32,000 bases of DNA from Candidatus Iainarchaeum sp. Lineage in GTDB: Archaea; Iainarchaeota; Iainarchaeia; Iainarchaeales; CSSED10-239. The DNA is taken from positions 276,418 through 308,417 of the forward strand of contig JBBISB010000001.1 of the NCBI GenBank assembly GCA_037441475.1. The letters run 5' to 3'. The translations under genes and the position numbers were made by a program. Positions 16,213 to 24,369 of the stretch are shown in pieces. The stretch's first letter is position 1. Each line of letters begins with the position of its first letter. The notes beneath the pieces are model-generated. The model worked only from the letters and a program-made list of their open reading frames with translations. It searched no databases and was not told where the DNA came from.

Positions 16213-16226
16213 AAAGGTTAACCTTT
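16213..16226. promoter_or_regulatory. perfect 14-nt palindrome AAAGGTTAACCTTT abutting a TATA-like box upstream of the TrmB-like gene (candidate operator)
   Basis: The minus strand reads AAAGGTTAACCTTTATAAAAAC, then 22 nt, then ATG (16183). The palindrome therefore occupies the BRE position next to TTTATAAAAA. Confidence 0.3.
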
Positions 16227-16292
16227 TGTAATTAATCAATTACTATATATAGGATGTATAGTAACATTTAAATATATAATGTTATTTAACAC

Positions 16293-17096
16293 CTATTTTT
16301 TAAAAGGTTTTTTAACAAACCTAGGCTTTGGTTTTCTTTCTCTAGGTTCATCATCTTTCTTATCATCAGTAGTTGTAACAAAGTCATCTATCTTATAGTT
16401 GTAATCCTTGTCAGACTTAATAAACCCATTTTTAAGTTGAAGTTCTCTGTTTAAAAGCCAGAAGTAAAGAGCAACTGATTTACGTCCCTTGTTATTGAAA
16501 GGTATTAAAAGATCAATATTTCTAACATTACTTGATGTTGTTGCAAGAGCAACGATTGGTACTCTTATTTTAGTAGCTTCTAAAATAGCTTGCCTATCTA
16601 TGTTAGGGTCAACAACAAATACTACCTTAGGCTCCATAAAATGTTCAGAATCAGGGTTTGTAAATGTTCCAGGTATAAATCTTCCAACCTTTGTCTTATA
16701 TCCAAAAGTTTTTTCAAGTAAAGTTAAACCAAATAAAGCATATTTCTTTCTTGAAACAAACACTACATCTTCAGGAGCAAATTTAGATATAAAGTCAATT
16801 GATGTTTTTATTCTTTGATCAATTACTTGCACATCCATTACATTTAATTTATCGCTTCTTGATTTAAAAATAAATCTTCTCATAGCTCCATTCTTATATT
16901 TTGTACCTATATGGATACCATTTTTAAGATAAAGATCAATATTAACTAATGTTTTTTGATTTTTATTATCATAAGCCTTGTTTTCATAAGCATTATTTTC
17001 ATAAGTCTTTTTTTCGTAAGTCTTTTCAACTATAGGTTCGTGCACTTTATCTAAGTTTTTACTTTCAAAAGTTTTATTTTCTGTATTCTTATTCAT
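16293..17096 (-). CDS. rps2: 30S ribosomal protein S2 (uS2) with low-complexity N- and C-terminal extensions
   Basis: 267 aa. uS2 core (NGIHIGTKYKNGAMRRFIFKSRSDKLNVMDV ... VVDPNIDRQAILEATKIRVPIVAL), a ~50-aa N-extension and a K/D/P-rich C-tail. Confidence 0.92.
   Translation of the reverse strand: MNKNTENKTFESKNLDKVHEPIVEKTYEKKTYENNAYENKAYDNKNQKTLVNIDLYLKNGIHIGTKYKNGAMRRFIFKSRSDKLNVMDVQVIDQRIKTSIDFISKFAPEDVVFVSRKKYALFGLTLLEKTFGYKTKVGRFIPGTFTNPDSEHFMEPKVVFVVDPNIDRQAILEATKIRVPIVALATTSSNVRNIDLLIPFNNKGRKSVALYFWLLNRELQLKNGFIKSDKDYNYKIDDFVTTTDDKKDDEPRERKPKPRFVKKPFKK
16962..17021 (-). repeat. four tandem 15-nt units encoding (T/A)Y(E/D)(K/N)(K/N) in the S2 N-terminal extension
   Basis: The protein reads TYEKK TYENN AYENK AYDNK. 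The DNA shows a recurring ttttcataag-type unit. Confidence 0.7.
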
Positions 17097-17112
17097 CTAT
17101 GTTCACATTTTT

Positions 17113-17307
17113 TCAATTATACTTCATAATTTCATCAACCATTTCAACATTTGAAATGTACATTCTTCTGCAACAATATTTTCTAACCCCAAGGTTATCT
17201 AAAACTTGAGTTGGTTTTAATTTTTTATCTTTAATTTCTTTTAAATATTCTTCATAGTTGTGGGCAACTACTTGTCCACATGAAAAACAACGGATAGGAA
17301 TAATCAT
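17113..17307 (-). CDS. rpoN: DNA-directed RNA polymerase subunit N (Rpo10/Rpb10)
   Basis: 64 aa. IIPIRCFSCGQVV...YCCRRM zinc motif. GAGGTGA lies upstream. Confidence 0.92.
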   Translation of the reverse strand: MIIPIRCFSCGQVVAHNYEEYLKEIKDKKLKPTQVLDNLGVRKYCCRRMYISNVEMVDEIMKYN

Positions 17308-17314
17308 TAATTAT

Positions 17315-17722
17315 TCACCTCTTAGACTTCTGCTTTTTCTTTCTAGCACCAACACCAAGTTCCTTCTTAGGCTCCTTGTTTCTGGCATCATCAATTAATA
17401 AATGTCTATCGTAAGCTAAAAATTTATCTTTAATAGTTTTTTTATTTCCATTTGCAAGAACAATTCCCTTAGCAATACAGCTTCTTACAGCTTGTACTTG
17501 AGAAGATGCTCCACCACCAGAGACATTAACATTGTAATTAAATTTAGAGAATTCCTCACGAGATATTTTAGTTGGTTCTAAAACCATTGCTTTTTTATAA
17601 CCTGTAGGATAAATAGCATCAAGAGCCATGTTATTAACTCTTATTTCTCCTTTTCCTGGCTTGATTGCAGCTCTTGCAATTGCACTTTTCCTAGTTGATT
17701 TTACTAAATAACTTTTTACCAT
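17315..17722 (-). CDS. rps9: 30S ribosomal protein S9 (uS9)
   Basis: 135 aa. VSGGGASSQVQAVRSCIAKG and a basic C-terminus ending KSKR. ATGTGAT lies 5 nt upstream of the ATG. Confidence 0.92.
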   Translation of the reverse strand: MVKSYLVKSTRKSAIARAAIKPGKGEIRVNNMALDAIYPTGYKKAMVLEPTKISREEFSKFNYNVNVSGGGASSQVQAVRSCIAKGIVLANGNKKTIKDKFLAYDRHLLIDDARNKEPKKELGVGARKKKQKSKR

Positions 17723-17738
17723 AATATATCACATTTCT

Positions 17739-18155
17739 TTACTCAGAGTATTTTGCACCTAATCTTTTTGATATTTGTTCAAGTGTTAAGAATTTAATAT
17801 TTTTATATTTAACTGGTGCTGGGATTTCCTTATCAAATTTATCAGGAACATCTATATATACTTTTAAATTCTTTAAAACAAGAGCACCTCTAGGACGTCT
17901 TGGAAGCATACCTCTAACCCCTCTTTTTACAAGCATGTCAGGGTATCTTGGGTATTTAGGTAAATTTTTTGGATTTCCTTTTCCCCCTCTCTCTGTTCTT
18001 TCAAAAAATCTTTCATAGATACTATCAGAATTACCACTAAGTATTACTTTTCTTGCATTTACAACTACAATCTTTTTATTGTACTTTAAAAGTTTTTCTG
18101 CAACTTCACTACAAAGTCTTCCATAAACTTTGTTTTCACCATTTATTACAATCAT
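17739..18155 (-). CDS. rpl13: 50S ribosomal protein L13 (uL13)
   Basis: uL13-like N-terminus (VINGENKVYGRLCSEVAEKLL...VVVNARKVILSG). ATG at 18155 is preferred because GGTGA directly abuts the upstream ATG at 18161 used by the ORF track. Confidence 0.9.
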   Translation of the reverse strand: MIVINGENKVYGRLCSEVAEKLLKYNKKIVVVNARKVILSGNSDSIYERFFERTERGGKGNPKNLPKYPRYPDMLVKRGVRGMLPRRPRGALVLKNLKVYIDVPDKFDKEIPAPVKYKNIKFLTLEQISKRLGAKYSE

Positions 18156-18171
18156 GTCCATTCACCATAAG

Positions 18172-18534
18172 TTATTTGATTATTACACATTTTTTAAAAT
18201 CAATTTTGTCTTTTGCAAAATCATTCATATTCTTTGCATTATTTTTTAATTTTTCTTTAGCACTTTTTGAAAAACTATAAGCGTAAACAGTTATTTTTTT
18301 ATTTAAATCTCCAACACCTAAAACTTTTCCAGGAACAATAACTATTGATCCTTCTTTTACATTATCAAGTTTTTGTAATTTTGATAAATTTACACTGATT
18401 GTCATTCTTCTTGAAGAAGAAAGCATTTCAGCAACTTTTTTGTAGATTTCTTTTTTACTACTCTTAAAGCTTGTATATAACTTATCTAAAGTTTCTTTTT
18501 TTTCAATATTCATTAAATCTTTTTTAACTGCCAT
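18172..18534 (-). CDS. rpl18e: 50S ribosomal protein L18e (eL18)
   Basis: 120 aa. VNLSKL...VPGKVLGVGDLNKKITVYAYSFSKSAKEKL, in the conserved slot after rpoD and the tRNA. Confidence 0.88.
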   Translation of the reverse strand: MAVKKDLMNIEKKETLDKLYTSFKSSKKEIYKKVAEMLSSSRRMTISVNLSKLQKLDNVKEGSIVIVPGKVLGVGDLNKKITVYAYSFSKSAKEKLKNNAKNMNDFAKDKIDFKKCVIIK

Positions 18535-18577
18535 AGTTTGACACCCTTTTCTTTATAAATTTTATAATCATAACAAA

Positions 18578-18659
18578 TGCAGGGGACAGGATTCGAACCT
18601 GCGAAGCACTAAGCACAGGATCTTAAGTCCTGCCCCTTTGACCACTCGGGAACCCCTGC
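18578..18659 (-). tRNA. tRNA-Leu (anticodon UAA), class II with a long variable arm
   Basis: The minus strand is GCAGGGG-UU-CCC-GAGUGGUCAAA-GGG-G-CAGGA-CU UAA GA-UCCUG-(13-nt variable arm)-GCAGG-UUCGAAU-CCUGU-CCCCUGC-A. It is 82 nt with no encoded CCA. Confidence 0.9.
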
Positions 18660-18682
18660 TTAATTTTTCTTTTAAAAGAAAT

Positions 18683-19420
18683 TTATTTTAATTTCTTTTT
18701 AAGTATCCATACGTATTCCTTTAAATATCTGTCTGTAAGTTTGTATAAATCCTTTGATTTCATTTGTCCAATAAGTTCAACATATAATATATAATTATTG
18801 GTAGGATTGATTTTTAAACACTTTTTTTCACAGTTTTCTATTTGTGATACACAAAAATCATAATCTTCTGGACTTATTATAATATTTTTAGAAGACTCTG
18901 ACTTTATAGCGTTCTTTGATGCTCTTTCAAAAACACCTTTACACTCTTCACAACTTCTTGTTGTTTCAAGTTCATAAAGTTGAGCATAAGAAACTATTGC
19001 AGGCATATACTTAATATGTTCTTTTCCTTGACCTAAGCTTGCATAAGCAATAAGTTTAACTGTTTCACTTTCATTTAATTTTGTTAATGGTATTGTATCA
19101 TAAACCATCTTTATTTCAGAATCATTTGAAACTAAATCCTTAGTATAGATTGTTCCAGGCCCCTTAACATCTAAATTAAAGGTAACTTTTTTACCTGTTG
19201 TTAAAAGTGGAGTTACTACAGGAGAAAGTGCTATTCTGCTTGATAACATCTCATCAAAAATAACTGAGTTATTTTCAAAAAAATCAACCTCATCAATTGC
19301 ATATATTGGAAGATTATAACTAACTGTTCTTCTAATTGTGTTTAAAGTAACATGATCAGTATTCTCTACTAAATACTTGTAGGTTTTATGATCTCTTCCA
19401 ATAAATTTTACTTTCACCAT
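18683..19420 (-). CDS. rpoD: DNA-directed RNA polymerase subunit D (Rpo3/Rpb3)
   Basis: 245 aa in the conserved slot after S11. The N-terminal dimerisation-domain pattern (TLNTIRRTV...PIYAIDEV) and a Cys-rich insertion (CEEC...C...C..KC) are consistent with an Fe-S type domain 3. Confidence 0.85.
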   Translation of the reverse strand: MVKVKFIGRDHKTYKYLVENTDHVTLNTIRRTVSYNLPIYAIDEVDFFENNSVIFDEMLSSRIALSPVVTPLLTTGKKVTFNLDVKGPGTIYTKDLVSNDSEIKMVYDTIPLTKLNESETVKLIAYASLGQGKEHIKYMPAIVSYAQLYELETTRSCEECKGVFERASKNAIKSESSKNIIISPEDYDFCVSQIENCEKKCLKINPTNNYILYVELIGQMKSKDLYKLTDRYLKEYVWILKKKLK

Positions 19421-19456
19421 ATATAATCACTTTTTTTTTTATAAAGTTTCTAAACT

Positions 19457-19843
19457 TTAATCTCTTCTATGAGATTTCTTTTTTCTACAACCATCATGTG
19501 GAACTGGGGTAGTGTTTAATATACTTAATATTCTTAAACCATGTCTTGTTAAAGACTTGATTGAAGGTTCAGCACCTTGACCAGGATTATAATAAAGATT
19601 ACCACCTGGAGCTCTTATCTTAACATGAACTTCTTTAATACCTCTTTCTTTTGCTTTTTCAGCAATTATCTGAGACATTTTCATAGCAATATAAGGAGAG
19701 CCTTCTTTATGTTGTGCTTTTGTTAATTGTCCACCTGATGATTTTGCAATAATTTCTGCTCCAGTTTCATCTGTTAACACCATTATAGTGTTATTTCTAG
19801 ATGCAAAAATATTTACAATACCTATCTTTTCAACTGATACCAT
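19457..19843 (-). CDS. rps11: 30S ribosomal protein S11 (uS11)
   Basis: 128 aa. IFASRNNTIMVLTDETG ... TPVPHDGCRKKKSHRR is the classic uS11 ending. Confidence 0.93.
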   Translation of the reverse strand: MVSVEKIGIVNIFASRNNTIMVLTDETGAEIIAKSSGGQLTKAQHKEGSPYIAMKMSQIIAEKAKERGIKEVHVKIRAPGGNLYYNPGQGAEPSIKSLTRHGLRILSILNTTPVPHDGCRKKKSHRRD

Positions 19844-19849
19844 TTATTT

Positions 19850-20422
19850 TCACTCCTTACTCTCTACAACTGCAGCTTCAGTTTTTTCTTTCTTAGCTTC
19901 CTTTGAAACTGGCTTTCCTTTCTTTTCAGTCATTTTTTCAACCATGTCTTTAATTTGTGTATTACTGTAAGAAATTGAGTCGTTTGCTTCAACTATTGAG
20001 CCAGGTATTTTTCTAACACTTCCGTTAACTGCAATATGTCCGTGAGTAATTATTTGTCTTGCTTGGTTTGGTGTTAATGCAAGACCTTTTTTAAAAACTA
20101 AAGTTTGAAGTCTTCTATCTAAATAATCTGTTAGGCTTAATTTTAAAACGTCTTCGACCTTATGTTCTTTTGTAAAAATACCTATTCTTACAAGTCTGTT
20201 TAAAAGTTCATCTTTTCTGGTACTGTAATCATCAACTCTACCAGCAAGTAAAAGTCTTGCTCTTTTTCTAAAGTTTCTAACTTCAGTTTCAGCTTTCCAG
20301 ATTTCTTTCTTACGTCTAAGACCATAATCTTCAGAAATTTGTTTTTCTGTTCTTATTTTTTGTTTGTTCCATTTCATTTTTGGAACATCGTATTTTCTAT
20401 TTAATCTCTTTGGGTCACCCAT
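19850..20422 (-). CDS. rps4: 30S ribosomal protein S4 (uS4) with a K/E-rich C-terminal tail
   Basis: It starts MGDPKR as in archaeal uS4 and has the S4 RNA-binding domain RLQTLVFKKGLALTPNQARQIITHGHIAVNG. The GTG at 20431 in the ORF track is part of the SD AAGTGAT. Confidence 0.92.
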   Translation of the reverse strand: MGDPKRLNRKYDVPKMKWNKQKIRTEKQISEDYGLRRKKEIWKAETEVRNFRKRARLLLAGRVDDYSTRKDELLNRLVRIGIFTKEHKVEDVLKLSLTDYLDRRLQTLVFKKGLALTPNQARQIITHGHIAVNGSVRKIPGSIVEANDSISYSNTQIKDMVEKMTEKKGKPVSKEAKKEKTEAAVVESKE

Positions 20423-20434
20423 AAAAATCACTTC

Positions 20435-21094
20435 TTAAAAATTATTTTTCTTTGTAACACCAACAGCTCCGCCTTTTCTGAAAGATGACTTTGTTTTCTG
20501 TCCTCTTACTGTAAGACCCCACTGAAGTCTTAATCCTCTGTAACTTTTTATTTTTCCAAGTCTTTGAAGATCTTTTCTGTTTTCAAGTCTTAAATCTGCC
20601 ATGATTAAATGTTTTTTATTTCCTTCCATTGTTCTTGATCTGTTTAAAAGCCAAGAAGGAACTTCCTTGTCAAGATTTAAAATAATTGTTTCGATTATTT
20701 CAACATCAGCATCAGCTAAGTAACCAACTTTTTTAACTATCTTGCCTGTTTTCTTTGTGTAAACAGTAACGATTGAGTCAGCAACTCTTTTTCCTATACC
20801 ATAAACAAAGCAAAGACCATCCTTTAAGGTTAAAAAACCAGGAACATCTCTTCCACTTACTCTTACAACATGTCTGAAATCTTTTGATTCCTTAGAAGCA
20901 TCAAAGTGAGAAGGTGCTTTTCTGGTTGGTTGATTTACAATTCTTTCTGTCTTTGTTGCAACCTTTACACCAAAATTATCATTCTTACCTTTATTCCCTT
21001 TTGCAGGAGTCATTGAATTCTTGGAATTTTTTGAATTCTTGGAATTACTTTTAGGTTTCTTACCTGAACTATCTTTTTTCTTTGCTTTAGCCAT
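20435..21094 (-). CDS. rps13: 30S ribosomal protein S13 (uS13) with a ~70-aa K/N/S-rich N-terminal extension
   Basis: The uS13 core runs from FRHVVRVSGRDVPG to LQRLGKIKSYRGLRLQWGLTVRGQKTKS. ATG at 21094 is preferred because the track's GTG at 21103 lies in the SD-like GAGTGTT. Confidence 0.9.
   Translation of the reverse strand: MAKAKKKDSSGKKPKSNSKNSKNSKNSMTPAKGNKGKNDNFGVKVATKTERIVNQPTRKAPSHFDASKESKDFRHVVRVSGRDVPGFLTLKDGLCFVYGIGKRVADSIVTVYTKKTGKIVKKVGYLADADVEIIETIILNLDKEVPSWLLNRSRTMEGNKKHLIMADLRLENRKDLQRLGKIKSYRGLRLQWGLTVRGQKTKSSFRKGGAVGVTKKNNF
21014..21049 (-). repeat. tandem duplication of an 18-nt unit (tgaattcttggaatt + 3 nt) encoding NSKNSKNSKNS in the S13 extension
   Basis: Units 21014-21031 and 21032-21049 are identical over their first 15 nt. 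Confidence 0.7.
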
Positions 21095-21116
21095 ATTTAA
21101 CACTCATTTATAATAT

Positions 21117-21272
21117 TTATATTGGAAAGACGTGGAATATACTTAGTCTTACCTCTTTATCTTTTACTTTATAAAAAACGTCGTTCTTTACAACTTTTTC
21201 AATTTTAATTTTTTTACCAAAATCTCTTCCCTGAATTATTATACATTCGGTTCCTGCTTTTAAAACACCCAT
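21117..21272 (-). CDS. rpl14e: 50S ribosomal protein L14e (eL14), minimal 51-aa form
   Basis: Below the ORF-track size cutoff. Hand translation gives MGVLKAGTECIIIQGRDFGKKIKIEKVVKNDVFYKVKDKEVRLSIFHVFPI. This fits the KOW-like eL14 pattern G..c.i..GrdaGkk..i....d.n.v.v......r.n..Hl.P. It sits in the conserved position after L34e. Confidence 0.6.
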   Translation of the reverse strand: MGVLKAGTECIIIQGRDFGKKIKIEKVVKNDVFYKVKDKEVRLSIFHVFPI

Positions 21273-21297
21273 AATTAATCACTCACTATATATATTA

Positions 21298-21639
21298 CTA
21301 CTCTATTTTGTTTTTAATCATTTCGATATATTTTACATATCTTAAATCTACATCATCTAAAGTTATTACATTGTACTTAAGCATTACTGCTTGAAGATAA
21401 ATATCTTTTCTAACATCTGGAGATATCATAGACGCTAAAAGATTTTCTGGTCTTCTTTGTGTTTTTGTAAGTTTTAAAACTTCAAATGGTCTTTTACCAT
21501 GAGGCATACCTTGAAGTGGTTTTTTAGATATTGCACATACATGTTTACCTGGTTTCTTCTTTAAGACATGTCTTGAAGAATTTCCACCTGGTGTTTTTAC
21601 GGTTTTATGTTTTTTAAATTTTTGATCAAAGTTTGACAT
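21298..21639 (-). CDS. rpl34e: 50S ribosomal protein L34e (eL34)
   Basis: KTPGGNSSRHVLKKKPGKHVCAISKKPLQG is the eL34 pattern. ATG at 21639 lies after AGGTGAATTAT; the track's GTG at 21648 is inside that SD. Confidence 0.85.
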   Translation of the reverse strand: MSNFDQKFKKHKTVKTPGGNSSRHVLKKKPGKHVCAISKKPLQGMPHGKRPFEVLKLTKTQRRPENLLASMISPDVRKDIYLQAVMLKYNVITLDDVDLRYVKYIEMIKNKIE

Positions 21640-21668
21640 ATAATTCACCTTTTTTATTTAAGTATTAT

Positions 21669-22127
21669 TTATTCTTTTAATTCTCCCTCATGATAATATC
21701 TTTTTACCATTTTCTTATCATAGATGCTACTAATTATCATTGAAAGAATAACACCAATTATAACGTAAGCCCAAAAGCCTGTTTTAACAGTAAATAAAAT
21801 AAAATCATAAGCTACATTATAATATTTATTTACAAACCAAAGCATAGGGAACGCAATAACAAGCATTACAAGCATTGATTTTTGTTGAAGTCTAAATTGT
21901 TTTCCTATTAAAGAAAATGCTTCTTTTTGCTTTTCTTTAACAGCTTGCATATTCTGTTGATTTGCTAAAACCTTCATTTCTTTATTTATTTGTTTACTTT
22001 TTAATTTAATATAAAAATAATCTTTAGGATTAACTGTGAAATGTTGAACCAATTTACTTGAGAAGGCAAAGATTAAAGATATTAAAATAATATCAACCCA
22101 GTAACTTATAAGTGGAGCTTCAAACAT
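21669..22127 (-). CDS. DUF106-family membrane protein (archaeal Oxa1/EMC3-like insertase homolog)
   Basis: 152 aa with a TM, a charged coiled-coil hairpin (KSKQINKEMKVLANQQNMQAVKEKQKEAF) and two further TMs. It occupies the conserved slot after secY in archaeal spc-distal regions. Confidence 0.7.
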   Translation of the reverse strand: MFEAPLISYWVDIILISLIFAFSSKLVQHFTVNPKDYFYIKLKSKQINKEMKVLANQQNMQAVKEKQKEAFSLIGKQFRLQQKSMLVMLVIAFPMLWFVNKYYNVAYDFILFTVKTGFWAYVIIGVILSMIISSIYDKKMVKRYYHEGELKE

Positions 22128-22145
22128 TCTTATTTATCCTTTTTT

Positions 22146-23477
22146 TTATTTCCTACCAGCCACTTGCTTTAAAAGAGCACTGTTTTGGAAAACTTGATCT
22201 TTTGCAAGGACCTCATAGATTTTATAAATAACACCAACTGTTAATAAAATACCAGTTCCAGAACCAATGGCACCTGTAAGGTCTGAAAAGAAAGCTAAAA
22301 GTCCAACAAATATAGAACCTAAAATAGTTATTGTAGGTATATATCTATTTAAAACTGTTGAAAGAACTCTTTCATCTCTTCTAAAACCTGGTATTGACAT
22401 TCCTGAATTTTGAAGTTGTCTTGCAACAGAACTAGCATCCTGTCCACCAACCATAACCCAGAACTTACCGAAGATAACACAAGTTAAAACAAATAATATC
22501 ATGTAAATTAAAGCATTAATCCACATTGCACTTGTAGCACCACCCAAAATTGCATTTTCAAGCAATTGATATTGTGGTGTTAAGACAGCGCCTATCTTAA
22601 ACATTATATTCTCAAGTCTTGTATTTTTTGCAAGATTAACTAAAAGATTAATGTTTGCAAATAAAGTGGATGCAAAGATAACTGGCATTACAGAAACATA
22701 CAAAAGTTTCACTGGATACTTGGCCCCCATCCCACTTCTACCAACAGTTAATGGAATGTTAACATGCATACCCTCAATATAAACTACTATTAAAAAAACT
22801 AAAATAGTAACTAATAATGGAATAATAACTAAAGTTAAAAGTTGTAGCATAGCACCAGTACTTATCAAGTTAACAGCCATGAAGATAAGTCCACCAGCTG
22901 AACCTGCTATTGGAGGTGCAAATATTCTCCAGATAATTGCTTGAGAAACACCTGCTGCAATGAAAAGTCCAATACCAGAACCAATACCGTACTTTGAAAC
23001 AACTTCATCTAAATATAAAATAATTATTGCACCAATAACAACCTGAAGTACAGCAAAGAAACCCATTCCAGGAACAGGCATTAAAAAACCTATCTTAACT
23101 GCAACAATTGCTTCAACAATTGCTAACACAACTGAAGATACTTTTTGTAAAATACTAAATTTTGCTCTATCTTGAGGATTTGAAAAATCAAGATTAATAA
23201 TCTTAACACCAGCAAGTAATTGCAAAATAATGGATGCAAGAACAATAGGACCAATTCCTAAGGTTATTAAAGAACCGATCTGACTTGCTAAGATCATTTG
23301 AAGATATTCAAGTTGAGGTAACTGAGATTGATTTATACCAATAAGCATTACTGATCCTAAAATAAAGAAAATAACTAGGACTATAGCCGTCCATACTAAT
23401 TTATCTTTAATAGTTAAAGATTTTGTAGGGTCCTTAACAGAAGGAAGTAATTTTTGTGCTACTGAATAAAAACTCAT
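22146..23477 (-). CDS. secY: preprotein translocase subunit SecY
   Basis: 443 aa and polytopic (~10 hydrophobic segments). It follows L15 with an ATGA overlap, the canonical position. Confidence 0.95.
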   Translation of the reverse strand: MSFYSVAQKLLPSVKDPTKSLTIKDKLVWTAIVLVIFFILGSVMLIGINQSQLPQLEYLQMILASQIGSLITLGIGPIVLASIILQLLAGVKIINLDFSNPQDRAKFSILQKVSSVVLAIVEAIVAVKIGFLMPVPGMGFFAVLQVVIGAIIILYLDEVVSKYGIGSGIGLFIAAGVSQAIIWRIFAPPIAGSAGGLIFMAVNLISTGAMLQLLTLVIIPLLVTILVFLIVVYIEGMHVNIPLTVGRSGMGAKYPVKLLYVSVMPVIFASTLFANINLLVNLAKNTRLENIMFKIGAVLTPQYQLLENAILGGATSAMWINALIYMILFVLTCVIFGKFWVMVGGQDASSVARQLQNSGMSIPGFRRDERVLSTVLNRYIPTITILGSIFVGLLAFFSDLTGAIGSGTGILLTVGVIYKIYEVLAKDQVFQNSALLKQVAGRK

Positions 23478-23854
23478 TCAATAACCCCTCCAAGCTTCTC
23501 AATCTTTTCTCTTGCGATTTTAGTCACTTGTGCATTTTTAATTATTACTTTTTTATTAATGTTTCCTGTACCTAAGATTTTATCAAAACCTAAAACCTTA
23601 AGATCAACAGTATCACTTGTTTTTAAGTATTTATTTAAATCATGTAAAGTAATTGTTACTAATTTAACTTTAGGTCCAAGTCTTGGAGAAATTAATTTTC
23701 TCTTACCAATAACAACTTGGTACTTTGTAACCTTATGCTTAAAAGATCCACCTCTACCGGCACCACCTTCGTTACCAGCACCTCTTTTGTTTTTAGTATT
23801 TCCTTTTCCGTGAGTTCTTTTTCCTCTAAGTCTATCAACTTTTGATTTTGGCAT
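23474..23854 (-). CDS. rpl15: 50S ribosomal protein L15 (uL15)
   Basis: 126 aa. Gly/basic N-terminus RGKRTHGKGNTKNKRGAGNEGGAGRGG. ATGTGAT lies 5 nt upstream. Confidence 0.92.
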   Translation of the reverse strand: MPKSKVDRLRGKRTHGKGNTKNKRGAGNEGGAGRGGSFKHKVTKYQVVIGKRKLISPRLGPKVKLVTITLHDLNKYLKTSDTVDLKVLGFDKILGTGNINKKVIIKNAQVTKIAREKIEKLGGVIE

Positions 23855-23882
23855 ATAATATCACATTTTTTTAAAAATAAAT

Positions 23883-24344
23883 TTATATCATTCTTTTTAA
23901 TAAATCATTAATTTTTTCTTTTCTATAACCTAAGGCTCCGCCTTCTACAAAGGTTTTCTTAATACCTTGTCTATCGTATCCTTTTGATGGAGGTTTAAGT
24001 CTAAATACTGGTTTAATATTTAATTCTTTAATAGTTTTCTTACCTTCTAAAATATCATTTATAACTTTGTCAGCATCTTTTGCAAAAGCTTCTGAAAAAG
24101 AAATTAATTTATTATCTTTTGTGTAAACAAAACCTCTTTTAACAAGCATTTTTTTTAAAACTTCTTGAGAAATCTCTCCCCAAGTAATATAATCTTTTGC
24201 TTTTCTTAAACTTCCTTTAAGATAGTTTGAATCATTGTATAAAACACAATGGTTTGCTCTAGTTAAATTTAACAAAGACATTGCTTTTTCTATGTCCTTT
24301 TTAATCTTAACAGGACCTCTTACTCTTAATATAGCCATCAACAT
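23883..24344 (-). CDS. rpl30: 50S ribosomal protein L30 (uL30)
   Basis: 153 aa. AILRVRGPVKIKKDIEKAMSLLNLTRANHCVL is the uL30 fold signature. Position is between S5 and L15. Confidence 0.9.
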   Translation of the reverse strand: MLMAILRVRGPVKIKKDIEKAMSLLNLTRANHCVLYNDSNYLKGSLRKAKDYITWGEISQEVLKKMLVKRGFVYTKDNKLISFSEAFAKDADKVINDILEGKKTIKELNIKPVFRLKPPSKGYDRQGIKKTFVEGGALGYRKEKINDLLKRMI

Positions 24345-24369
24345 ATATATTTCACATTTATTTTAAATT

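Noticed and set aside
17728-17734. Interpreting the recurrent ATGTGA upstream of S9, L15, S5, L5 and L29 as minimal start-stop uORFs
   Set aside because: The same position carries AGGTGA or AAGTGA in other genes. The common denominator is therefore the GTGA(T) anti-SD complement, not the ATG. A simple SD variant is the more economical explanation.
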